From positions 1,283,876-1,347,875 of the forward strand of contig CAVRKI010000004.1 in the NCBI GenBank assembly GCA_963721715.1: a stretch of DNA of 64,000 nucleotides, read 5' to 3'. The notes beneath the pieces are model-generated. The model saw nothing but the letters and a program-made list of their open reading frames with translations. It made no database searches and had not been told where the DNA came from. Source of the DNA: an uncultured Acidobacteriota bacterium. GTDB taxonomy: Bacteria > Acidobacteriota > Vicinamibacteria > Vicinamibacterales > UBA2999. The position numbers and the translations under genes were made by a program. Of the stretch, positions 40,417-49,802 are shown piece after piece (the first letter of the stretch is position 1; each line of letters begins with the position of its first letter).

Positions 40417-41577
40417 ATGGCTGACGTTCCTGATGCCCAGCCTCGGCGCCGACATGGAGGCGGGGACGCTCGTGAAGTGGCGACGTGGCCCCGGCGACAC
40501 GGTGAAGCGCGGCGACATCATCGCCGAGGTCGACACCGACAAGGGCGTCATCGACATCGAGTGCTTCGAGTCCGGCGTCGTCGAGCGACTCGTGGTCGAA
40601 GCCGGCGCGAAGGTACCGGTCGGCACCGTCCTGGCCGAGATCCGGCCGAAGGACTCGGCGGCGGTCTCCGCCGCCTGCAGCTGCCAGTTCCGGCGCCGCT
40701 CGCGCGCCGCACCGGCCGGAACCATGGCGACAGGCGCCGGAGCGGCACGTGCGCGTCTCGCCGCTGGCCCGGAAACGCGCGCCGCGAGCTGGGCATCGAT
40801 CTGTCTACCGTTCGCGGCACCGGACCCGGCGGCGCGATCCAGGTCGCGGACCTGGAAGGCATCTCGCAGTGCAGTGCCGCTCCGCGACATCTCCGTCCAC
40901 GCCGGCGCCGGCAGTCGCCATGCGCCGCGCCATCGCCGCCGCCATGGCCAGGTCGAAGCGCGAGATTCCCGCACTACTACCTGCAGACCCGCATCGACAT
41001 GAGCCAGGCCCTGGCGTGGCTGCGCGGCCGAGAACGAGAAACGCCCCATCGAGGAGCGCCTGCTGCCGGTCGTGCCGCTCCTGAAGGCGGTGGCGCGCGC
41101 CCTGCGCGACGTGCCGGAGCTGAACGGCTTCTGGATCGACGGCGAGCACCGCGTGTCCGACGCGATCCATGTCGGCTTCGCCATCGCGATGAAGGGCGGC
41201 GGACTCGTCGCGCCAGCCATCCACGACGTCGACCGTCGCTCCTGCGACGAGCTGATGGCCGCCCTGCGCGACCTGATCCCGCGCGCGCGGCGGGCCGCCT
41301 GCGCAGTTCCGAGATGACCGACAGCACCATCACCGTCACCAGTCTCGGCGATCGGGGGTGTCGAGAGCGTGTTCGGCGTCATCTACCCGCCGCAGGTGGC
41401 GCTCGTCGGCTTCGGCTCGCATCGTCGAGCAGCCGTGGGCCGAGAACGGCATGCTCGGCGTGCGGCCGGTGATCACGGCCTCACTCGCGGCCGACCATCG
41501 CGCCACCGACGGACATGTCGGCGCGCAGTTTCTCGACGCGCTGACCCGCCATCTGCGCGCCCCGGAGGGCATCATGA
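40417..41577 (+). pseudogene. Dihydrolipoamide acyltransferase E2, multiple frame changes (3' end inferred)
   Basis: Lipoyl domain ([31 protein letters not shown]), E3/E1-binding domain ([24 protein letters not shown]) and catalytic domain ([45 protein letters not shown]) lie in different frames. Confidence 0.75.
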
Positions 41578-41822
41578 CCGAAGCCGACCTCATCCGCGTC
41601 ATCGTCGACGGGCTTGCGCAGATCGCCCCGGAGTCCGATCCGGAACGCCTGCGCGGCGATCAACCGATCCGCGCCACGCTCGACATCGACTCGTTCGACT
41701 TCCTCACGTTCCTCATCGGACTGCACAAGTCTCTGGGCGTGGACATTCCCGAGGCCGACTACGGCCAGCTGAGCACGCTCGACAGCATGGTGCGCTATCT
41801 CCTGCCGAAGATGCCGCGGTGA
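41574..41822 (+). CDS. Acyl carrier protein-like (phosphopantetheine attachment) protein, intact
   Basis: 82 aa. DIDSFDFLTF Ser-attachment motif in a four-helix-sized protein. The ATG forms an ATGA with a TGA in another frame at the E2 C-terminus. Confidence 0.65.
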   Translation: MTEADLIRVIVDGLAQIAPESDPERLRGDQPIRATLDIDSFDFLTFLIGLHKSLGVDIPEADYGQLSTLDSMVRYLLPKMPR

Positions 41823-41846
41823 TCGCGGCTCGAGCCGCCACCGCCG

Positions 41847-43208
41847 TCAGGCGTAGCGCAGCAGCGTCATGAAGCCCATGTCCATGTGGAACTGCTGGTG
41901 ACAGTGGAACAAAGTGAGCCCAGGCTGCGTGGTCGGCACGTCTATTTCCACCTGCTTCCACGGGGGCACGACCACGACGTCCTTCCAGAGACCCGATGTC
42001 GGCGTATCGACCACTCGGACGAGTTCGAAGGTATGGCGGTGCAGATGGACCGGATGCGGATCCGCGCTCTGGTTGTCGAGCACCCAGCGATAGCGCTTGT
42101 TGGGCTCCACGACGATATGATCCGTCTTCGGGTAGGACTTGCCGTTGATCAGCCAGTGGTGGCCGTCTTCACGCGCGCGGAACGCCAGTGTCAGGCGCCC
42201 GTCAGGCTCCCGGGCGGGCGCGCTTCCGCCAAAGGCCGTGTAGTCCCAGACGAACGGCGACGGCGTCCGCCATTGGGGCGGTCCGCTTGCGCCGGCGTAC
42301 TCCACCACGATCCCGAGGCCGGCCTCCCGGCTGGCCGTCTTCACCCCGCCCAGCACCCACACACCCGGCTGGTTCATCGTCACCAGCGCGTCCACGCGTT
42401 CCCCGGGCGCAAGGTCCACGATCGGCACCGCCGATGGATTCGGCACCGGGTTGCCGTCCAGGGCCACGACCTGGAACTGGTGCCCCGGCAGCGCCAGCTG
42501 ATGCTGCAGCGTCGCGCTGGCGTTGACGATGCGGAAGAGGACGCGTTGCCCCTGGCGCACGCGAATGGGCTCGCCGCCGCCCAGCATCTTCCCGTTGATC
42601 GAGTGGTACTTGAACTCGACGTCGCGCGGGCCCCGGGTGGTGAAGTGCGGCTCCCATTCATGGAGCAGCAGCGGCACCTCCTGATCGTAGGCGCCCGGCT
42701 CGCCAGCGCCTTCGACCACGAGCATGCCGAACTGGCCGGTGTAGGTGCTGCGCTTCAGGTCGTTCCCCGCGTGATTGTGGCTGTGGTACCACCGGGTGCC
42801 GGCGGGATCGGGCACGAACGTATAGCGGCGATGCCCCCCGCGCGGCGGCACGCCAGGGGTTCCCTCTTCATAGGCGCCGTCCACATCCGACGGGATGTGA
42901 AGGCCGTGCCAGTGCACGATGTCTTCGTCCGCGGTGTCGTTCCACACCTCGACGTTGAAGGGCCGGCCCTGACGCGCGCGCAGCATGGGGCCCGGCGCCT
43001 GACCGTTGTAGGCGATGGTCTTGACGATCCGCCCCGGCGCGATTTCGAGGTTGACCGGGCCAATGCGAAGCGTCGCGTCCGGGGCGCCGGAAAACGCCTC
43101 CGGACCTCCTGGAGTCTGGGGATGAGGCGCGCCTTGATGCTGGCCGCGCGCCACCGCGGCGGTCGCGGCCCACGCCGCCGCAGAGGCTAGAAGTTCACGC
43201 CGGGTCAT
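41847..43208 (-). CDS. Multicopper oxidase (paralog 2), Tat signal
   Basis: 453 aa. TRRELLASAAAWAATAAVARG leader. HWHGLHIP, WYHSHNH, HPVHLHRH, FHCHQQFHMDMG copper motifs. Confidence 0.85.
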   Translation of the reverse strand: MTRRELLASAAAWAATAAVARGQHQGAPHPQTPGGPEAFSGAPDATLRIGPVNLEIAPGRIVKTIAYNGQAPGPMLRARQGRPFNVEVWNDTADEDIVHWHGLHIPSDVDGAYEEGTPGVPPRGGHRRYTFVPDPAGTRWYHSHNHAGNDLKRSTYTGQFGMLVVEGAGEPGAYDQEVPLLLHEWEPHFTTRGPRDVEFKYHSINGKMLGGGEPIRVRQGQRVLFRIVNASATLQHQLALPGHQFQVVALDGNPVPNPSAVPIVDLAPGERVDALVTMNQPGVWVLGGVKTASREAGLGIVVEYAGASGPPQWRTPSPFVWDYTAFGGSAPAREPDGRLTLAFRAREDGHHWLINGKSYPKTDHIVVEPNKRYRWVLDNQSADPHPVHLHRHTFELVRVVDTPTSGLWKDVVVVPPWKQVEIDVPTTQPGLTLFHCHQQFHMDMGFMTLLRYA

Positions 43209-43301
43209 CGTTCGAACCTAGCACACCAGCGGCCCAGGGAGAACGCGAGGAGCAGCAGATGGCCCACCACTCCCCGGACTTCATGCACACGCTTGGAAGT
43301 G

Positions 43302-43715
43302 CTACTTCGCCTGCATCCCCTTCAGCAGGTCGGACAGGGCCTGTATGCGGATCTGCGCGGTATCCCGGTTGAGCGACCGGAAGAGGTCACCCCACATCGG
43401 CATGTCGCGGGATCCGTGGGCAGAGACTTCGTCGAGGCCCTCGATGTAGCGTTTGACCTTGGTTTCCGGATAGGTCCCGCCGTTTCGGGCGGCGATCTTG
43501 GTCAGATCCGCGGGCGCCTTGGCGAGTGCCGAGGCCGCGGGGCCGTTTCCGACGCCGGTCTTGCCGTGGCAGACCGCGCAGTAGTTGTCGAACATCGCGC
43601 GCGCATCTGACGCCGGGACCTGTTTGATCGGTGCCTGGTCCACCTTCGTCTGTGCGGCGGCCGCACCGGCAGAAACGGCAACGGCTAGAAGTGCAGCGAG
43701 CACATGTCGAAGCAT
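43302..43715 (-). CDS. Monohaem class-I cytochrome c (paralog 2)
   Basis: 137 aa. AAGGAGG SD. Signal peptide, CAVCH, DMPMWG. The 3' half is roughly 85% identical in DNA (by eye) to 20691-21101. Confidence 0.8.
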   Translation of the reverse strand: MLRHVLAALLAVAVSAGAAAAQTKVDQAPIKQVPASDARAMFDNYCAVCHGKTGVGNGPAASALAKAPADLTKIAARNGGTYPETKVKRYIEGLDEVSAHGSRDMPMWGDLFRSLNRDTAQIRIQALSDLLKGMQAK

Positions 43716-43894
43716 CTGAGCCTCCTTGGAAGCGGGTGAATGAAGCTGACGTTAGTGAATAAAAGCAAAAAGGGTTCCAACCGGAGGGTCGAACATGGGC
43801 CGGGAATACGTGCGATTCTGCAGAATGGTGGGCCCAGCCGCCGGGATCTCGACAGGAACCAGAGGCAGGCTGGCGGAACAGCAGGGGGGAACGA

Positions 43895-43929
43895 GGGATA
43901 GGGATCAGGGATCAAGCCCCAAGCCCTAT
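43895..43929. repeat. Compact copy of the composite heptad repeat (GGGATAG GGATCAG GGATCAA GCCCCAA GCCCTAT)
   Basis: Direct reading. On the minus strand it reads GGCTTGGGGCTT then GATCCCTGATCCC, the same order as 14865-14969. It abuts the trxC stop. Confidence 0.85.
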
Positions 43930-44354
43930 TTCTCCGCGCGCTCGATCCAGGCGCGCATGTCGGCGCGGCGTGCCACGCCGGCCTGCTGAAAGACGAGTCG
44001 GCCGTTCTTCAGCACGACGAAGTTCGGGATGCCCTGGACGCCGTAGCGTGCGGCGAGCTCGGGATGGCGGTCGGTGTCCACCTTCAGCACAACGGCGCGG
44101 CCGGCCATGTCGGCCGCCACCCCCGCCACTTCCGGCGCCGCCATCCGGCACGGGCCGCACCACGCGGCCCAGAAATCCACCAGCACCGGCACCTGCGCGT
44201 GCTTGACGATGTCGTCAAACAGTGCGGGGTCGGCGTCCATGGGAGATGAAGGAGGCGGCAGCGCGGTCTTGCAGGCGCCGCAGCGAGCCTCATCCGCCAC
44301 GCGATCCACGGGCACGCGGTTCTTCCGGCCACACGACGGACAGGTGCGCAGCAT
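43926..44354 (-). CDS. trxC: Thioredoxin 2-type (N-terminal zinc finger)
   Basis: 142 aa. CPSCGRKN..CGACK zinc finger and WAAWCGPCRM active site. Confidence 0.9.
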   Translation of the reverse strand: MLRTCPSCGRKNRVPVDRVADEARCGACKTALPPPSSPMDADPALFDDIVKHAQVPVLVDFWAAWCGPCRMAAPEVAGVAADMAGRAVVLKVDTDRHPELAARYGVQGIPNFVVLKNGRLVFQQAGVARRADMRAWIERAEK

Positions 44355-44411
44355 CAGGCCCTCCCCACAGGCATGAGATGCAGGAATTCGCCATCTGGTG
44401 ACGCCTGGCGA

Positions 44412-44963
44412 TCAGTCGAGCGCGGATGAGCCGGCCGGCGCCGCGATCTCGAAGGTGTTCAGCGTCAGCGCGACCATGGTGTAGTAACCGACGAGGGCCA
44501 CCAGTTCCACCAGCGGCCGCACGCCGAGTTCGGCCACCGCCGCCTTGTAGAGGTCGTCCGGCACCCGTCCGGTGCTGACGAGCGCGGCAGTGAAGTCGAA
44601 AATCGCCTGCGCGGCCGCATCGTCGAAGGACGGAGGCCGCCGCTCGCGAATCGCCTCGATGACCGCGGCCGTCACGCCGGCGCGGGAGGCCTCGGCGGCA
44701 TGGACCGCCCATTCGTATCGCGCGCTCCAGTGCCGCGCCACGACCAGGATGGCCAGTTCCGAGTGATGGGGCGGAAGTTTCGTGTCGTAGCGCACGAACT
44801 CGCCCAGCTTCTGCGCCCTCGCCGCCAGATCCGGACTGTGCAACCAGACCAGCACGTTGGCAGGCACCGAGCCGCGGCGCCCCGCCACGGTCTGCGCGTA
44901 CACGGCGCGCTGTTCCGGTTTCATGTCGTCCAGTGTCGGCAAGGCAAGTCGGGCCATTGGCAT
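44412..44963 (-). CDS. Carboxymuconolactone decarboxylase (AhpD-like) family protein
   Basis: 183 aa. Overall similarity to CMD-family proteins (HSELAILVVARHWSARYEWAVH). Confidence 0.65.
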   Translation of the reverse strand: MPMARLALPTLDDMKPEQRAVYAQTVAGRRGSVPANVLVWLHSPDLAARAQKLGEFVRYDTKLPPHHSELAILVVARHWSARYEWAVHAAEASRAGVTAAVIEAIRERRPPSFDDAAAQAIFDFTAALVSTGRVPDDLYKAAVAELGVRPLVELVALVGYYTMVALTLNTFEIAAPAGSSALD

Positions 44964-44972
44964 CTCCCCAAT

Positions 44973-46421
44973 TCAACGAAGGCGAAGGCGGTGCACGGTG
45001 AGCTCGGCGGGGGTGCCGGCGGCGAATGGTTCGGCGGACGAACCGGATGGGTCCGGACCGCCGGTGATCAAAGACACGTCGTCGCCCGACACCGCCAGGG
45101 CGATGGGCCCAGCGGCCGCGTCGAAGCGGGTGTCGTAGCTGGTCGCCTGGCGAACCCGGCGGCCATTGGCGGTCAGTTCAAGGCGCACCACGCGACGTGA
45201 CCCGTCGGCATCGACCTGCAGGCCGACCAGGCCGCCGCGATACGGGCGCAGCCGTTCGAAGCCTGCCAGCAACACGTCTTTCGGGGCCCCGAGGCTGGTG
45301 ACCGCCCTGCTGGCGAGGTCCACGCGCGAGACGCCGTCCCGCGCGGCCACGAACACGACGCGCTCGCCGATTGCCGCGAAGCTGGTCGCGCCCTCCAGGT
45401 TGAGCGGCATCAGCGCCTCGGGCGTGGTGCTGCCGGGCCGAAGGCGCAGCAGCCGGCCACCACGGTCCAGCACCAGTACGGCGCCGCCTTCGGTGACCGT
45501 CAGGTCCACGGGCAAGAGCGGCAGCAGGTCCCCCGCCAGCGGCACCGCCTGGAGGGGGCGGCCCGACACCAGTTGCAGCCGATGCAACGTCGCGGCGCTG
45601 CCATTCTCGCTGCCGCTGACCACCCACAGGTCGCCACGCCGGGTGTCGATGTCGAGGGCCCGCACGTTGAAGAAACCAGCAGACTCCGCCCGGACCAGAT
45701 CCACGGCGTGGTCAAGCCCGACGCCGACCACCCGCAGTTTGCGGCCGTCGCGATCGCCGTACACGTACCGGTGAGACACGGCGTCGTAGGCCAGCCCAGC
45801 CGCGACGAACCGCTCCGCACTGAACCGCAGGGCTTCGTTCGCGCCCAGCGTCGTGGCGCTTCCCGCAGCCGGCGACGTGGGGCTATATGGAGCGCCGGGC
45901 GTTCCAGCACCGTCGCCAGAGTTTGCGCGCGCGGTCAGCGCCGAGGCTGCCGTTGCCGGCTCGGCCGTTCGCGCACGCGGCGGCTTTCCGGTCGAGGCTG
46001 CGGGCGAGGCGGGTATCGCGGGTTGGCCAGCGTTGACCCGCGCGACGATGGCCTCGGTCTCTGGCCACGCGTCCAGCGCCCGCATCCGCTCGAGGTCGGG
46101 ATGGGTGTCGGCCGCGGTGTGGGCGCCACGCTCGGCCAGCCGCCGGATCATGACCAGCGCATCGTGAGGTCGGCCGCTGCGGCTCTGGGCGCGCGCCAGC
46201 AGGAACATCAGGTCCGGATCGTCCTTCGGGCCACGTTGCACGGCCCGCCACGCCAGGTCCTGTGCGTGCTCGACTTCGCCGGTCTCCAGGGCGGTTTCCA
46301 CCAGTTGGCGACACTCGCGCCAGTCAGTGCAATCGGGGGCACGGAGGGGCTGGCCGTTCGCGGGTGCGCCCGGCTGCAGCAGTGCCGCACCAATCACGAA
46401 CAGGAATGCGCCGAACGCCAT
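44973..46421 (-). CDS. Secreted hypothetical protein (TPR-like N-terminus, low-complexity linker, beta-rich C-terminus)
   Basis: 482 aa. Signal peptide. No confident family assignment. Confidence 0.5.
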   Translation of the reverse strand: MAFGAFLFVIGAALLQPGAPANGQPLRAPDCTDWRECRQLVETALETGEVEHAQDLAWRAVQRGPKDDPDLMFLLARAQSRSGRPHDALVMIRRLAERGAHTAADTHPDLERMRALDAWPETEAIVARVNAGQPAIPASPAASTGKPPRARTAEPATAASALTARANSGDGAGTPGAPYSPTSPAAGSATTLGANEALRFSAERFVAAGLAYDAVSHRYVYGDRDGRKLRVVGVGLDHAVDLVRAESAGFFNVRALDIDTRRGDLWVVSGSENGSAATLHRLQLVSGRPLQAVPLAGDLLPLLPVDLTVTEGGAVLVLDRGGRLLRLRPGSTTPEALMPLNLEGATSFAAIGERVVFVAARDGVSRVDLASRAVTSLGAPKDVLLAGFERLRPYRGGLVGLQVDADGSRRVVRLELTANGRRVRQATSYDTRFDAAAGPIALAVSGDDVSLITGGPDPSGSSAEPFAAGTPAELTVHRLRLR

Positions 46422-46499
46422 CTCCCTTCATCCTTCCCGATCCGGGTGCCGGACCGCAAACGTTCATGACGGAAGGATGGCGGCCCGCTGGCGACGAAG

Positions 46500-46536
46500 G
46501 CGCGGGAGAGCCTCGATCGCTCGTGATCTCCCGCGC
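46500..46536 (-). terminator. Perfect 10-bp GC hairpin downstream of icd
   Basis: GCGCGGGAGA-N17-TCTCCCGCGC, 6 nt after the icd stop. No U-tract. Confidence 0.4.
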
Positions 46537-46541
46537 TCCGG

Positions 46542-47756
46542 CTACTGCATGCGGGTCTTCAGTTCCTGGTCAATCGCGTTCAGGAACTCGTCGGTGGACA
46601 GATAGGGATGATCCTCGCGGATGAGGATCGCCAGGTCCTTGGTCATGCGGCCCGATTCGACCACGTCCACGCACACCTGTTCGAGCGTCTCGGCAAACCG
46701 CACCACGTCCGGCGTGTTGTCGAAGCGTCCGCGGTACTGCAGGCCGCGGGTCCACGCATAGATCGAGGCGATCGGATTGGTCGACGTCGGCTTGCCCTGC
46801 TGGTGCATCCGGTAGTGACGCGTCACCGTGCCGTGCGCCGCCTCGGCTTCCACCGACTTGCCGTCCGGCGACATCAGCACGGACGTCATCAGCCCGAGCG
46901 AGCCATAGCCCTGCGCCACGGTGTCGGACTGCACGTCGCCGTCGTAGTTCTTGCAGGCCCAGAGATAGCCGCCGCTCCACTTCATGTTGGCGGCGACCAT
47001 GTCGTCGATCAGCCGGTGCTCGTAGGTCAGGCCCTTGGCGTCGAACTCGCTCTTGAACTCGGCATCGAACACTCGCTGGAAGGTGTTCTTGAAGGTGCCG
47101 TCGTAGACCTTGAGGATGGTGTTCTTGGTCGACAGGTAGACCGGGTAGCTGCGGCCGAGCGCGTAGGTGAAGCAGGCGCGGGCGAAGCCCTCGATCGAGG
47201 CGTCGAGGTTGAACATGCCGAGCGCGACGCCACTGCCCTTGGTCTTGATCACTTCACGGCTGATGGCCTCGCCGCCGCCCTCGGGCGTCCAGCTGAGGGT
47301 GATGGTGCCCGCACCCGGGAAGTGGAAGTCCTGCGCGCGATACTGATCACCGAACCCGTGACGGGCGACGACGACCGGCTTGTCCCAGTGGGCCACCAGG
47401 CGCGGCACGTTCTTGCAGATGATCGGCTCGCGGAAGATGGTGCCGTCCAGGATGTTGCGGATGGTGCCGTTCGGCGACCGCCACATCTGCTTGAGGCCGA
47501 ACTCCTTGACGCGGGCTTCGTCGGGAGTGATGGTGGCGCACTTCACGGCGACGCCGTACTCGCGCGTCGCGTTGGCCGAGTCGATGGTGATCTGGTCGTT
47601 GGTGCGATCGCGCGCTTCGATGCCGAGATCGAAGTACTTCAGATCGATGTCGAGATACGGGAGGATGAGCTGCTCGCGGATCTTCTGCCAGATGATGCGC
47701 GTCATCTCGTCGCCGTCCATCTCGACGACGGGGTTCTTGACCTTGATCTTCGCCAC
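46542..47756 (-). CDS. icd: NADP-dependent isocitrate dehydrogenase (eukaryotic-like homodimeric type)
   Basis: 404 aa. [24 protein letters not shown]-terminus and conservation throughout. Confidence 0.95.
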   Translation of the reverse strand: MAKIKVKNPVVEMDGDEMTRIIWQKIREQLILPYLDIDLKYFDLGIEARDRTNDQITIDSANATREYGVAVKCATITPDEARVKEFGLKQMWRSPNGTIRNILDGTIFREPIICKNVPRLVAHWDKPVVVARHGFGDQYRAQDFHFPGAGTITLSWTPEGGGEAISREVIKTKGSGVALGMFNLDASIEGFARACFTYALGRSYPVYLSTKNTILKVYDGTFKNTFQRVFDAEFKSEFDAKGLTYEHRLIDDMVAANMKWSGGYLWACKNYDGDVQSDTVAQGYGSLGLMTSVLMSPDGKSVEAEAAHGTVTRHYRMHQQGKPTSTNPIASIYAWTRGLQYRGRFDNTPDVVRFAETLEQVCVDVVESGRMTKDLAILIREDHPYLSTDEFLNAIDQELKTRMQ

Positions 47757-47848
47757 TCGTGGTGCTCCTTCAGTCAGCTGCCGCGCCTGCCGGCCGCGCG
47801 CGGGCGCGCTGGCAGGGACCGCGATGTTCGGGCCGGAATAAACAGCGA

Positions 47849-47854
47849 ATTATA
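47849..47854 (-). promoter_or_regulatory. Candidate -10 box (TATAAT) for icd
   Basis: Exact TATAAT on the minus strand, ~93 nt upstream of the icd ATG. The -35 region is weak. Confidence 0.3.
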
Positions 47855-47865
47855 GCGCGGGGCGT

Positions 47866-47907
47866 ACAAAACGAAAGGCGGCGGCCCGGTATACCCGGAC
47901 CGTCGCC
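47866..47907 (-). terminator. Rho-independent terminator
   Basis: On the minus strand: GGCGACGGTCCGG-gtata-CCGGGCCGCCGCC (13 bp, one mismatch, one G-U) followed by TTTCGTTTTGT. It lies ~220 nt downstream of the GT39-like gene stop. Confidence 0.65.
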
Positions 47908-48127
47908 CTTCTCGCACAGACCCGCCGGGGGAGCCGGCAGGTGAACAGCCCTGCTTCTGGTGGGGCCGGTCGTCGTGCGCCTGATTGCCGGTTGATGTGC
48001 AAGATCGCCGCCACACGACGAGGAGCCGGGATTGCGCGTGGTTTTCGGATGCTCGCGTGTTCCCGGAGGAGCACAGTCCGGGGAACTCCAGACATAAGTC
48101 ACCCTGCTGGCAGTCTTCACACCAGGC

Positions 48128-49627
48128 TCACGGGCACTCCAATCGCTGAAGCAGCCCGATCGACCGCGCGTGGTCCCAGACGTAGAGGTAGGTCGTGCGG
48201 TCCGGCAGCCTGGCGGCAGGCTCGCAGTGCTCGGTCTCGCCGAGGTCGAGGCCAAACAGCACGCCGCCGCTGTAATCGATGCCGTTGCGTGTGAGGTCGA
48301 GCGCCGCCATCGATCGCGCCGTGCCGACCCGGCCGCCGATCAGCACCAGCGCCGACCGCAGGCCCGCCGCCTGGGTGAACGGATCCATCCGCTGGCGAAT
48401 GACCCGCTGTTCGATCACGGCGTGCCCGGCGAACGAGACCGGCATCAGCGCCACGCTGATGACGGTCAGCCCGAACAGCCGCCGTTGTGACGCCGTCAGC
48501 GTCGGCGAGCCCGGACGGAACAGATGGCCGGCGACGAACACCGCCAGGAACAGGAAGACTTCATAGTGGAACCGCGGTCCGTACTGATTGCCGCCGCGCT
48601 CGACGTAGAAGTAAAGCGTGGCCACCATCAGCACGGGCATCCAGTCCAGCGCTCCCCGCCGTGCCTCACGGTCGCCGCGCCACAGGTAGTACAGGTAAGC
48701 GATGATCAGGACCGGCGGGGTCCACAGCAAGTGGCGCAACAGGTGGGTCGAGAGGATGTCGGCGCCGCGCAGGACGAAACCATCCGCGAACCAGAGCGAG
48801 ACCGTCAGCGGCGTCGTCGTCAGCGTCCAGGGGTTGCCGGACAACGCGCTGTTGTAGGCCATCAGCGCCACCACCCACGGCAGGCCGCCGAGCGCCACCA
48901 GCACGAGCGTGCGGACGTGCGCCACCCCGGGCCGGAGCAGCCAGAGCACGATGGGAATCGCGCACACCACGCCGGTGAAGTAGCGCGCCAGCACCGCCCA
49001 GCCAATCAGCGCGCCAACCGCGAGCGGCACCCACGCAGGCGTGCGATCGTCACGCGACGCGAGCCAGGCCGCGGCCAGCAGCAGCGCGCCGCACAGCGGG
49101 TGCGAGAAGTACGAGGCGGCATTGAACAGGAAGAACGGCGAGACCATGACCAGCCCGGCTGCCAGCACCCCGGCACGCGGGCCATACAGCCGTGCACCCA
49201 GGGCCCACATCAGCCCCACCGTGAGGGTCCCCAACAGGGGATTCACCAGCCACACGGGGACATGGAGCACCAACGCCAGCGCGAGCGCCAGCGGCCAGCC
49301 CGGGGGGAAGCTGCCGAAGGCACGACCCGGTTCCTGAACGAGGTAGTTCATCGCGAAGATGTCGGGCGAGGGCGGCGCCGCATTCCACAGCCGCCCGGCG
49401 GCCATGGTTTGCGCCTGATACAGGTAGACGTACTCGTCACCCGAGTTGGGAAAGTCCAACAGGACGATCTGGTTGATGGCGACCAGGGCCAGGGTCAGAA
49501 GCGGGGCTCCCACCAGGCACACGAGGAGACGGTGGGCGTGAACCCAGTCGGCCGCCCCCAGCACGCCGGCGTACAGGCGCTGGAGGGCGGCCATCCGATG
49601 CGCCGGGTCCGGTAGGGTTTGGTTCAT
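48128..49627 (-). CDS. GT39/ArnT-like membrane glycosyltransferase
   Basis: 499 aa, more than 10 TM segments. N-terminal DEYVYLYQAQTMAAGRLWN loop typical of PMT/ArnT-like enzymes. Confidence 0.6.
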   Translation of the reverse strand: MNQTLPDPAHRMAALQRLYAGVLGAADWVHAHRLLVCLVGAPLLTLALVAINQIVLLDFPNSGDEYVYLYQAQTMAAGRLWNAAPPSPDIFAMNYLVQEPGRAFGSFPPGWPLALALALVLHVPVWLVNPLLGTLTVGLMWALGARLYGPRAGVLAAGLVMVSPFFLFNAASYFSHPLCGALLLAAAWLASRDDRTPAWVPLAVGALIGWAVLARYFTGVVCAIPIVLWLLRPGVAHVRTLVLVALGGLPWVVALMAYNSALSGNPWTLTTTPLTVSLWFADGFVLRGADILSTHLLRHLLWTPPVLIIAYLYYLWRGDREARRGALDWMPVLMVATLYFYVERGGNQYGPRFHYEVFLFLAVFVAGHLFRPGSPTLTASQRRLFGLTVISVALMPVSFAGHAVIEQRVIRQRMDPFTQAAGLRSALVLIGGRVGTARSMAALDLTRNGIDYSGGVLFGLDLGETEHCEPAARLPDRTTYLYVWDHARSIGLLQRLECP

Positions 49628-49802
49628 GGCTCCCGCTGACGTCGAGCCCGCTGCACGGCCGACGGACGGTGAGCTGCTGGCGCCCTAAAGCTCAGCCGTT
49701 CCGGAATTCTACTCGGAATTCGAGGCTCACCTGGGCGCGTCCATGGCAATGGCCTTCATGGCCGCGTGATAACGTCGAGGCCACGTTTTCCCCCTTCATC
49801 CT

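Noticed and set aside
41358-41822. Apparent in-frame fusion of the E2 C-terminus (..ADHRATDGHVGAQFLDALTRHLRAPEGI) to the ACP-like domain in one 154-aa ORF
   Set aside because: The ATG at 41574 forms an ATGA with a TGA in the adjacent frame, the same coupling used at other junctions of this operon, and the region just upstream is frameshift-ridden. A separate 82-aa ACP gene is more parsimonious, although a true fusion cannot be excluded.
47908-48127. Tried to assign the terminator-flanked segment to a known RNA family (SRP/4.5S, 6S, tmRNA, RNase P, riboswitch)
   Set aside because: No conserved family motifs could be recognised by eye (for example the SRP GGAA/AGCA helix-8 motif or the tmRNA tag ORF). 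Left as an unassigned candidate needing an Infernal scan.
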